A stretch of 14,559 nucleotides of DNA from Thermostichus sp. DRC_bins_24 (lineage in GTDB: Bacteria > Cyanobacteriota > Cyanobacteriia > Thermostichales > Thermostichaceae): positions 1 through 14,559 of the forward strand of contig JAUQVK010000068.1 in NCBI GenBank assembly GCA_039794845.1, written 5' to 3'. The notes beneath the pieces are model-generated. The model was not told the origin of the DNA. It saw only the letters and a program-made list of their open reading frames with translations, and searched no databases. Both the position numbers and the translations under genes were made by a program. Of this stretch, positions 1-7,144 are shown piece by piece. Position 1 is the stretch's first letter, and each line of letters begins with the position of its first letter.

Positions 1-62
1 ATGGGGCTTTTAACGGGGCCAACCCTATCAAAATAATCGGGCTGTCGGTAATACGGCCTGGA

Positions 63-335
63 GGCTCCTGGTTATCCTGTGGGTTGAAGGAGATAGCCGG
101 AGGGCGACTGAAGGGCTTTTGGAAAGCCCGCGACTGCGTAAGCCGTCAGCATCGGGAAGACGTTACGTGTTTCCTGAGCTTTGCCGACGGGATGTCCCAC
201 CGTCAAAGGCTTGCCGTTGAAGACTGCGTTATTGTGGCCGCGGTCTGGCTTCAAACCGCAGTAGAGGCAGGAGTGCCCTCTACCCTAGATTGTTCTGGAA
301 ACCCTCTGATTGAGAGGAGCGGGCTGGCCGGAGCT
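63..335 (+). ncRNA. Candidate structured non-coding RNA (~270 nt), family not recognised
   Basis: A long-range helix 63-80/319-335 closes internal hairpins at 113-129, 143-190, 261-283, 285-298 and 303-317. Most non-Watson-Crick pairs read as G-U on the + strand. No recognisable protein is encoded in any frame. Confidence 0.4.
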
Positions 336-336
336 G

Positions 337-515
337 TCCTTCTTGGGGCCATTTCACCCAAGAGGTATTGACTCGCCAGGAGGTGGCTCAGAGCCATTTC
401 CTGCGGAAGCATCCCCTGACCCGCTAGGGGATCCCGTGGCCACTTTCACAACACCTCCTCTCACCTGCTCAGGTCACGGGGTCTGACCTACAGCATTGAA
501 GGCCCCAACGATGGA
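337..515 (+). ncRNA. ssrS: Probable 6S RNA (ssrS/ssaA)
   Basis: This is a ~180-nt rod-like hairpin. Pairings: TTGGGGCC 343-350/GGCCCCAA 501-508, AGGT/ACCT, GACTC/GGGTC, an asymmetric central bubble, AGGAGGTG 378-385/CACCTCCT 452-459, and apical ATCCCCT/AGGGGAT. The 3' strand CACCTGCTCAGGTCACGGGGTC resembles the 6S CACCUG...GGGUUC segment as I recall it. G-U pairs favour the + strand. The ends are approximate. Confidence 0.65.
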
Positions 516-547
516 GAATGGAATTGAATGTGGAACAGGCAGCGGGC

Positions 548-664
548 TCAGCGACGGCGGACTTTATCCTTTTGGCTAACAAAAATGATGGCGCCGAAGA
601 GAAGACCCAACACCACAGCACCAGCTACCAAGCTCCAGAGGAAGTTAGAAAGTGAGGCAGTCAT
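548..664 (-). CDS. psbX: Photosystem II reaction centre protein X (38 aa), not in the ORF track
   Basis: Manual translation gives MTASLSNFLWSLVAGAVVLGLLFGAIIFVSQKDKVRRR*. It has the PsbX signature MTxSLxNFLWSL, one TM helix and SQKDK. Confidence 0.95.
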   Translation of the reverse strand: MTASLSNFLWSLVAGAVVLGLLFGAIIFVSQKDKVRRR

Positions 665-788
665 AACAGAGTTTCCTTTTCATGCAAGTGAACCGTTGCC
701 CAAGGGCTTCTCGATCATATCGAGCTTTGGAATCCGTTCGAAACCCCATTTGCTATCCCGGCAGCAGACAGTTCGCCAGGGATCCCGT

Positions 789-1133
789 TTAGTATTCCAA
801 GGCCACTTCTTCCAGGGTTTGGCTGCTGCCCGCAAAGGGGTTTTCTGGAGTGAGGAACAGCAGACAGTGACATTCCTTGCGCTCCCGCATCGGCACGCAG
901 GGGCAATTCCAGTAGCCTGCTTTTGCCTCTGCCTCTTTGTCTTCGTAAAAACGGCAGGGACACAGTGGAGCACCCAATTGCTCTTTGTGCAGGGCTAACC
1001 CCTCAATCACCGCCGTCGTAATCGAAGGATCCGAGCAGAAAAACGTATCGGAACGCTTGGCGTAGGTTTCGGCGAAATTCCGCATCACCTCAAAGTTTTT
1101 CTGCGAGGACTTGTTGTGACCACGACTTTCCAT
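789..1133 (-). CDS. ftrC: Ferredoxin-thioredoxin reductase catalytic subunit (114 aa)
   Basis: Motifs GAPLCPCR, YWNCPCVPMRERKECHCLLF (CPC, CPC, CHC) and N-terminal MRNFAETYAKRSDTFFC are present. I placed the start at ATG 1133, not the ORF-track start at 1271. Confidence 0.95.
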   Translation of the reverse strand: MESRGHNKSSQKNFEVMRNFAETYAKRSDTFFCSDPSITTAVIEGLALHKEQLGAPLCPCRFYEDKEAEAKAGYWNCPCVPMRERKECHCLLFLTPENPFAGSSQTLEEVALEY

Positions 1134-1307
1134 GACGATTCCCAGGGGTGGAACTAACCAGCTACAGCAGCAATGGATCTTCTCTTGCTCTTCGTTGTAC
1201 CGTAGCCCCTTTGACAAGACAAATGACAACAGCCCCGCTGTTACACAAGGCAACATCAAGGGCTTCGGCAAGAGCCAGCGTTGACGTACTCTGACGTTCT
1301 CTATAGA

Positions 1308-1339
1308 AGAATACCGTTTTGTGAGAATACCGTTTCGTG
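1308..1339. repeat. 16-bp tandem direct repeat, 2 copies with 1 mismatch
   Basis: AGAATACCGTTTTGTG (1308-1323) is followed directly by AGAATACCGTTTCGTG (1324-1339). Confidence 0.8.
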
Positions 1340-1352
1340 GGATCCCTGCTTC

Positions 1353-1757
1353 TCAGGGCACCACCAACACCGGGCAGGGGGAGAGGTTGATCACCCGGTT
1401 GCTGACAGAGTCATCCCGTCTTTCTCCCGATAGGCTAAGGCCACGGCAGCCCATGACAATCAAATCGATCTCCAGCTCATCCGCCACGTCACAAATGACA
1501 AAGGGGACTTTTCCCTCGCGGTACTCACTCTTGACGTTGCTAAGACCAATTTGATGCAGGCCAGACTCCGTCTGTTTGAGCAAGGCTTGAATGTTTTTCC
1601 GCGCCTGCTCAGACCGCTCCGGGTCGAGTTCGGCATCATCCAATACCGATAGCAAATACACCTGGCTCTTGTAGCGTTGCGCCATATCTGCCACCAACGG
1701 CAGGGCATGACTGGTCTCACGAGAGCTATCAATGGGAAAAAGCAGTTTGTCGAACAT
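1353..1757 (-). CDS. Universal stress protein (UspA family), 134 aa
   Basis: It starts MFDKLLFPIDSS, contains IDLIVMGCRG, and ends SVSNRVINLSPCPVLVVP. Confidence 0.93.
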   Translation of the reverse strand: MFDKLLFPIDSSRETSHALPLVADMAQRYKSQVYLLSVLDDAELDPERSEQARKNIQALLKQTESGLHQIGLSNVKSEYREGKVPFVICDVADELEIDLIVMGCRGLSLSGERRDDSVSNRVINLSPCPVLVVP

Positions 1758-2083
1758 AGCCTAAGGATCCCACAGTCAACCCACTTCCATTATTCTGCAA
1801 GGAAGGAGCTGGTTGGCCCTATTCTATCTTGCTGTGTAGGGTACAAAGCTCCCTTGAAAGCTGAATGGCCCCGTTGCATCCTTCCTCTTTTGTCAGAGAC
1901 ATCCTCCCTTGAACCCAAGACAGCGGGTGGCTCTTTCCACTTCTTGGTTCCACTTCGCCACCAAAGTGCTGTGCAAGGCCCAGAACCTCTAGACACGCTG
2001 TCACCCACCCACATTCCGATGTGCAGGAAGCTGCAGGGTGAAAAGATCGATGTTAGGATCCCAATGCATCTTCCAGCATCTTC

Positions 2084-2485
2084 ATGTTGTATTTGGCACG
2101 GGTGCACAAGAAAGGGTTGTTCGGCCATGCAGATTTACAGCTCTTGGCACAACAGACCCCTGACCGAGTTTGGTCTCCGCTACGCAGGCCGGAGCTGATC
2201 ACCTCTAGTGATGCCAGCCCCTACAATGTTGGGGTATTGCTGCTGGTTGAACTCTCGGATGAGCGGCGGGTGCAACGGGTGGAGGAGGCCACCATGAAGG
2301 TGGTAGAGATGTTGCACAGCCTATCCCAAACTCACAGCCTGGCAGACTTGACAGAAATTGAAAGCTGGCGACAATCGCTAACACGCCAAAGTCAGGAGCT
2401 GAGTCGCCGTGAAGCGGAGGTGGCTGCCCGTCAGGATCAGTTGCAGCAATGGGAAAACCGCCTACGGGAGAAGCAGTCCCTTTAG
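2084..2485 (+). CDS. Short HmpF N-terminal-like coiled-coil protein, 133 aa
   Basis: MLYLARVHK...LQLLAQQ...W and ESWRQSLTRQSQELSRREAEVAARQDQLQQ resemble the N-terminal region of cyanobacterial HmpF (recalled). The protein is much shorter than full-length HmpF. Confidence 0.7.
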   Translation: MLYLARVHKKGLFGHADLQLLAQQTPDRVWSPLRRPELITSSDASPYNVGVLLLVELSDERRVQRVEEATMKVVEMLHSLSQTHSLADLTEIESWRQSLTRQSQELSRREAEVAARQDQLQQWENRLREKQSL

Positions 2486-2491
2486 GTCTCT

Positions 2492-2701
2492 CGGCCCTAT
2501 CAGCTCTCTCTGAAACAAATCGCCTTCCGCCTTGATGGCCCACTCATCCCTACCGACCCCAGCGCCAATGACCCGATCCACTTCGTTGAGGTGCAATTCT
2601 AACCCGACCCCGACCCTAACTTTTACGGGCGGCTGCTGGCTGAAGTATGCCTTTATCTTTACTGCCATCCCCCGGCTCCCCGATGGCAAGCTTCAGTTTG
2701 A
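2492..2701 (+). pseudogene. DUF2887/Rpn-family PD-(D/E)xK nuclease fragment
   Basis: Manual translation gives RPYQLSLKQIAFRLDGPLIPTDPSANDPIHFVEVQF*PDPDPNFYGRLLAEVCLYLYCHPPAPRWQASV*. This matches the DUF2887 pattern KQxAFRxDG...IxFVEVQFQ...FYxRLxAExxLYL. There is an in-frame TAA at 2600-2602, no start codon, and truncation at both ends. Confidence 0.8.
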
Positions 2702-2745
2702 CTCTTGAGCCTTTCCGATAAGCCTTGAATGGTGAATGGGATGAA

Positions 2746-3003
2746 TTACAAACCCATCCCTGCCAGAGTGTCGATCACCTGCTCCAGGATCAGGGTGAGT
2801 TTGGGGTGGGAGGTTTCAAAGAGGCCAATGGCTTCTCCGATGCGGTCTTTGCTCTGGGTCGGGGATCCCATTTCCTTCAACACCGCTTCTACTTCTTGGC
2901 GAATGGCGGCGATCTGTTGTCGCTGCTTTTCATCCAAACCAGGAGTCTTCTGCAGCTCAGCATCCAAATTGTGCAGCAGCTGTCGCAGTTTCGATTCGGC
3001 CAT
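2746..3003 (-). CDS. DUF4404-like small helical protein (85 aa)
   Basis: The start MAESKLRQLLHNLDAEL and the end FETSHPKLTLILEQVIDTLAGMGL fit the family pattern FExxHP...LxxMG. A purine-rich GAAGAG precedes ATG 3003. Confidence 0.75.
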   Translation of the reverse strand: MAESKLRQLLHNLDAELQKTPGLDEKQRQQIAAIRQEVEAVLKEMGSPTQSKDRIGEAIGLFETSHPKLTLILEQVIDTLAGMGL

Positions 3004-3317
3004 CTCTTCAGATCCGACCACGCCACCTCGATCATACGGCCTGATGCGGTTAACCGGGGATTTCGCTGATGGGTCGGATGGTGGGTACTTCGGGAGCAAG
3101 GGGTGGGTTAACTTTTACAGTCAGGGATCCCACTGTCGAGGCGGCCCATTAAGATCGGCAGTAGCGGCCTCTCTGGCGCTTGGTTTCCAAAAAGTGTGCG
3201 CTTCTGCTCTATCCCTTGCCTTTGAGGACAGGATTGGATCGAGATCACGAGCTCAATGCCGTTTGAATTGCCACAAGACCTTATCCAACCATCCATTTCA
3301 TCTGGGAGAGCGAAAAC

Positions 3318-4076
3318 ATGACTCATCTTAAGAAAGGCCTGCCATCGGGATCCCGGAAGGGGGCTGCCTGGCTGGGGATGGTGCTGGCAGTGGCGCTGTT
3401 GGGTTGGAACTTGATCGGGGGTGGAGGGGTTATGGCCAGTCCCACGGAGGGATCCCGGATTTTGACGGTGACGGGCCAGGGATCCACCCAAGTGGAAACC
3501 TCCATTGCCCTGATCCGGCTGGGGGTGGTGATGCAGGGCGACTCTGCGCAATCGGTGCAACAACAGGTGGCGGAAAGCTCTGAGCGCTTGGTGAACCGCC
3601 TCAAGGAGTTGCAAGTCAGCGCCCTTCAAACCACCGGCATTTCCCTTTACCCGCAGTACGACTACCGGGATGGGCGGTCTCGGCTAACGGGGGTGCAGGG
3701 ACAAAACAGCGTGCAGTTCGAGGTGCCTGTGGCCAGGGCGGGACAATTGCTGGATGAAGCCGTTGCTGCCGGGGCTACTCAGGTGGAGTCCGTCAGTTTT
3801 CGGGCCGATGAGGGTGCTCTGGAACAAGCCCGTAGCACCGCTTTGGTCAAGGCTGTAGCCGATGCTCGGCGCCAAGCGGAGGATGTGTTGGGAGCCTTAA
3901 ACCTAACCGTGGGTTCGGTCGAACGCATCCAGATCCACAGCAATAGCCACTTTGCTCCACCCTCTGTTCCTCTGGCAACCCAGGCAGATTTTGCTCGCTC
4001 AGAGGTCGCGGCTACGCCGGTGGAAGGAGGAGAACAAACTGTTCGCGCTCAAGTTACCCTCGAGATCCGCTACTAA
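3318..4076 (+). CDS. SIMPL domain (DUF541) exported protein
   Basis: A hydrophobic N-terminal signal is followed by LTVTGQG, LQTTGISLYPQYDY, LLDEAVAAGATQVESVSF, ALVKAVADARRQAE and GGEQTVRAQVTLEIRY. Confidence 0.92.
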   Translation: MTHLKKGLPSGSRKGAAWLGMVLAVALLGWNLIGGGGVMASPTEGSRILTVTGQGSTQVETSIALIRLGVVMQGDSAQSVQQQVAESSERLVNRLKELQVSALQTTGISLYPQYDYRDGRSRLTGVQGQNSVQFEVPVARAGQLLDEAVAAGATQVESVSFRADEGALEQARSTALVKAVADARRQAEDVLGALNLTVGSVERIQIHSNSHFAPPSVPLATQADFARSEVAATPVEGGEQTVRAQVTLEIRY

Positions 4077-4226
4077 ATCCTGATCCTGTTTGAGCAACAA
4101 TAAACACCCACTGCCTGCAACAATCTCGGCAGATTTGAAACTGCTATCGATACCAACCGCTTAGAATAACGATGGAAAGTTCGCGGGTAGCTTGCTATCC
4201 TCGGCTTTTGCTTTACCCCTTTTGGT

Positions 4227-5543
4227 TTGCCCATGGATCCCAGTCCGGAGAGCGTTGCTGCAACTGCCACGTCTGAGAGTGCTCAGGCAGGATCCCTTTC
4301 TGGCAAAGGCGAAGACAGCAGCATCCGGGCTCATGTGCTGATTGTGGATGACAGCTACATGGTGGCGGAGATGTTGTCCAATTTTCTGGGCAAACAGGGC
4401 TGTAGCATCTCTTATGCCTTGGATGGCTTCTCAGCACTGGAGCAAATTCGTCGCCAACCGCCCGATCTGATCATCGCCGACTGGGTGATGCCCTCTTTGA
4501 ATGGCTTGGATCTGTGTCGGCAACTGCGGCAATCTCCAGAATATGCCTGGGTGTACTACATCATCATGACCGCCCGTGAGGGCAACGATAATATGGAGCG
4601 GGCCTTGGAGGCAGGGGCCGATGAGTTTCTCTCCAAGCCGTTTCAATCGGCAGAATTGATGACCCGTGTCCGGGCCGGGTTGCGCATTGTTGAGGGCCGC
4701 CGCCGGCAGCACTTGATCAAAACCGGACAAGGACGCCCCCCCTCTTCCCCGAAATCGATTGGCTTGGCAGTGGGCAATCGCCAAGATTTGGTGACGCGCT
4801 TGCCCTTGCGAGTGGCTCAAGCCCGCACGCAATCAGAACCCCTCAGCTTGTTTGTGTTGCGCTTGGCCAACCTCAGCGTCCTCAGTCAAGGGTTGGAAGC
4901 CCAGGCTCGGGCTGCCCTCCTTAAGCTTTTTACGGATCGCCTCGCCCACAACCTGCGAGATGGAGATGATCTGTTTTGCTACGACGAGGGGCAGTTTATC
5001 GTTCTGCTCCCTGGGAGCACCTTAGCCGCCACGCAAATTGCCGCCGAACGCTGTTGTCAGCGCATGATTCAGGATCCTTTCGTGGTGAATGGGCAAGCTC
5101 TGCCGGTGCAGTTGCACTTTGGAACCGCCAGCCTCACGGACAACGATGATCCCAAGGGGGTTGCTCTGTTGCGACGGGCTGCCCAAGCCATGCGAGACAG
5201 CCGAAATTTGCACAGCTCCGTCCTTACGGCTCCCAACGCCCCCTCTGCTCCAGAAGACCTGCTCAAACAGCTCCGAGAATTGCAGACAGAAAACGAAAGG
5301 CTGCGGCAAGAGCTGGAGCACCGCCTTACCGAGCTCAAGGAGCTCCAGGTGCAAAACCTGGAACTGAAACAGCGGGCCCAATCCTCCGCACCTGACTTAG
5401 CCCCTTCTCCGCAGGGCTTTCTTGGTGCCGCCTCCCCCCCATCCCCTCGAAGGCCTATCCAGCGAAGACTAAAGCGAAAAATGCGCCGCAAACCCAAGCA
5501 TTCCTTGAGAAGGCTTTTTAGGAAAACTTCTCATTATTGCTAG
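4227..5543 (+). CDS. Response regulator: receiver + degenerate GGDEF domain + coiled coil (start may be ATG 4233)
   Basis: Receiver motifs VLIVDD, DLIIADWVMP, TA and ADEFLSKP are intact. The GGDEF-like region LRDGDDLFCYDEGQFIVLLPG...HFGTAS...LLRRAAQAM lacks GG(D/E)EF. A heptad-rich segment follows. Confidence 0.85.
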   Translation: MPMDPSPESVAATATSESAQAGSLSGKGEDSSIRAHVLIVDDSYMVAEMLSNFLGKQGCSISYALDGFSALEQIRRQPPDLIIADWVMPSLNGLDLCRQLRQSPEYAWVYYIIMTAREGNDNMERALEAGADEFLSKPFQSAELMTRVRAGLRIVEGRRRQHLIKTGQGRPPSSPKSIGLAVGNRQDLVTRLPLRVAQARTQSEPLSLFVLRLANLSVLSQGLEAQARAALLKLFTDRLAHNLRDGDDLFCYDEGQFIVLLPGSTLAATQIAAERCCQRMIQDPFVVNGQALPVQLHFGTASLTDNDDPKGVALLRRAAQAMRDSRNLHSSVLTAPNAPSAPEDLLKQLRELQTENERLRQELEHRLTELKELQVQNLELKQRAQSSAPDLAPSPQGFLGAASPPSPRRPIQRRLKRKMRRKPKHSLRRLFRKTSHYC

Positions 5544-5587
5544 AATTTGACCGAGCTGTTGGACTTGTAAAGAGCAATGGTTGGGTG

Positions 5588-6073
5588 ATGATGTACAGGG
5601 CTTTCTTAACCAACTTCCTAAACAACATTGAGTTGATTTTGACCGGTGTGGGTTTGTTGCTCATTCTCCTGGTCGGTATGATTGCCGATCAAAATGGGAT
5701 CCCATTTTGGCTGGCCACTGCCATCTGTGCGATAGGGGTTGGCATTATTCATGGCATTCTCTTCTGGTTGCTGCGCCAGCGGCAAAGACAGGTGCGACAG
5801 AGGGCTATCGCAGAGATTCGAGAAATGCTGGAGGATTTGGCCAAAAACCGATTGGCAACCATCAAAATGAGCCTCCATATGGTTCAACTTCAGCAGCCTG
5901 AGCAGGAAGGGCAGATCCAGAGAAAGTTCGATAGAGTCTACGAAATCCTCCAAGAGCTCACAGGGATCATTGATCACATTTCCGATGAGTCTTTGGTTCA
6001 TTGGCGCCATTGCTATCAGCAAACTATAGCGCGCGTTGAAAGAGAGCGTGCTTCTGCCCTCTCTGGAAAGTAG
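5588..6073 (+). CDS. Hypothetical membrane protein: 2 TM helices plus a cytoplasmic helical hairpin
   Basis: Two hydrophobic segments (LILTGVGLLLILLVGMIA and FWLATAICAIGVGIIHGILFWLL) precede an R-rich stretch and an amphipathic helical region. The start is ATG 5588 or 5591. Confidence 0.75.
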   Translation: MMYRAFLTNFLNNIELILTGVGLLLILLVGMIADQNGIPFWLATAICAIGVGIIHGILFWLLRQRQRQVRQRAIAEIREMLEDLAKNRLATIKMSLHMVQLQQPEQEGQIQRKFDRVYEILQELTGIIDHISDESLVHWRHCYQQTIARVERERASALSGK

Positions 6074-6148
6074 CTGCATGCAACCTTTTTCTTTTTAGGG
6101 AAAGGTAAGTTTTATAAGTCCTGGACGAATTGAGAGAAGTTGTAACTT

Positions 6149-7027
6149 GTGCACCATTCAATTTCAGGAACAACACAGCTGCTGGGTTTAATCGGGGATC
6201 CGGTGGGCCATAGCCTATCCCCGGCCATGCACAATGCTGCTTTGGCTGCCCTGGGGGAGAACTACTGCTATGTGCCTTTTCCAGTTGCCCCAAACCGATT
6301 GGCCACTGCCGTTGCCGGGTTAGCCGCCATCGGGGTGCGGGGGTTTAACGTTACCATTCCCCACAAACAGGCGATTTTGCCCCATTTACAACAGATCGAC
6401 AGTCGGGCAGCCGCTGTGGGCGCTGTCAATACGGTGTATCCCTTGCCGGGGGGCGGGTGGGGGGGCACCAATACCGATATTGATGGGTTTTTGCATCCCC
6501 TACGGCAGTTGGGCACTCTAAAACCCGGGATCCCGACCACTCTCCTAGGATCCGGTGGGGCAGCGCGGGCGGTGATCCAAGGGTGTTTGGAAGCAGGGCT
6601 ACAGCCGCTGCGGGTGGTGGGGCGCTCTCCGGAAAAATTGGACGCTCTCCGGCAAACTTGGCCGCAAATCCAGGTTCTGACCTGGGCGGATCTGGATCCC
6701 TGGCTGCCCCAAACCCAGCTGTTGATCAACACCACCCCGATTGGGATGCAAAAGCAGGGATCCGATGCCAAAACCACAACTACCTCTCCCCTGAGCAGGG
6801 AGCAACTCTCGCTTCTGCCCGCGGGCGCGATCGTCTACGACCTGATCTACGTGCCGGATCCCACCCTTCTGTTGCAAATGGCAGCCGAGCTGGGCCATAC
6901 CCCGATCACCGGCCTGGAAATGCTCGTTCACCAGGGGGCTGAGGCCCTCTCCCTGTGGTTGGGGGGAAAACCCGTGCCGGTAGAGGTGATGCGACAAGCC
7001 GCTCAACAGCAGTTGGCCCAGGTTTAA
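6149..7027 (+). CDS. aroE: Shikimate dehydrogenase
   Basis: Motifs GDPVGHSLSPAMHN, GFNVTIPHK, GAVNT, NTD, GSGGAARA, INTTPIGM, YDLIY and GLEMLVHQG are present. The start is GTG. Confidence 0.96.
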   Translation: MHHSISGTTQLLGLIGDPVGHSLSPAMHNAALAALGENYCYVPFPVAPNRLATAVAGLAAIGVRGFNVTIPHKQAILPHLQQIDSRAAAVGAVNTVYPLPGGGWGGTNTDIDGFLHPLRQLGTLKPGIPTTLLGSGGAARAVIQGCLEAGLQPLRVVGRSPEKLDALRQTWPQIQVLTWADLDPWLPQTQLLINTTPIGMQKQGSDAKTTTTSPLSREQLSLLPAGAIVYDLIYVPDPTLLLQMAAELGHTPITGLEMLVHQGAEALSLWLGGKPVPVEVMRQAAQQQLAQV

Positions 7028-7144
7028 CTCCATCAAGAATCCTCACAGAATATGAGCAACCTACAGATCCATCCGGATCCCGTTTGACTTGCGCCCTCAA
7101 GTTTCGATAGGGTTTGGGTGCGCAATGCAGCAAGGAGTAGGAGC

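Noticed and set aside
150..200. Minus-strand GGCAAA...GAAA resembling a c-di-GMP-I riboswitch, and GAGGCTCCTG at 61 resembling an M-box
   Set aside because: Only a few nucleotides match, and the required stems and downstream conserved motifs are absent.
240..283. CTTCAAA loop resembling a tRNA-Sec anticodon arm
   Set aside because: The anticodon stem is poor, and there is no T-loop (TTCRA), acceptor stem or CCA.
3..371. + frame open from the window edge to 371 (includes ORF 84..371)
   Set aside because: There is no recognisable motif, and it overlaps the structured region and the 5' end of the 6S candidate. It cannot be fully excluded without the upstream sequence.
354..460. Minus-strand GAGGAGGT followed by a GTG 31-codon ORF
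   Set aside because: The SD-like sequence is the complement of the 6S-candidate stem CACCTCCTC, and the peptide is low-complexity and unrecognisable.
528..998. ORF 528..998(+) and similar antisense or alternate-frame ORFs over aroE, the ABC ATPase, the methyltransferase and the lipoproteins
   Set aside because: These are shadow ORFs of well-supported genes in GC-rich sequence.
1134..1271. N-terminal extension of ftrC in the ORF track
   Set aside because: Family similarity begins after Met at 1133, and the extension looks like translated intergenic DNA.
1677..2198. ORFs 1677..2198(+), 1790..2128(-) and 1819..2004(-)
   Set aside because: They overlap real genes, have no motifs, and span the divergent promoter region between usp and the HmpF-like gene.
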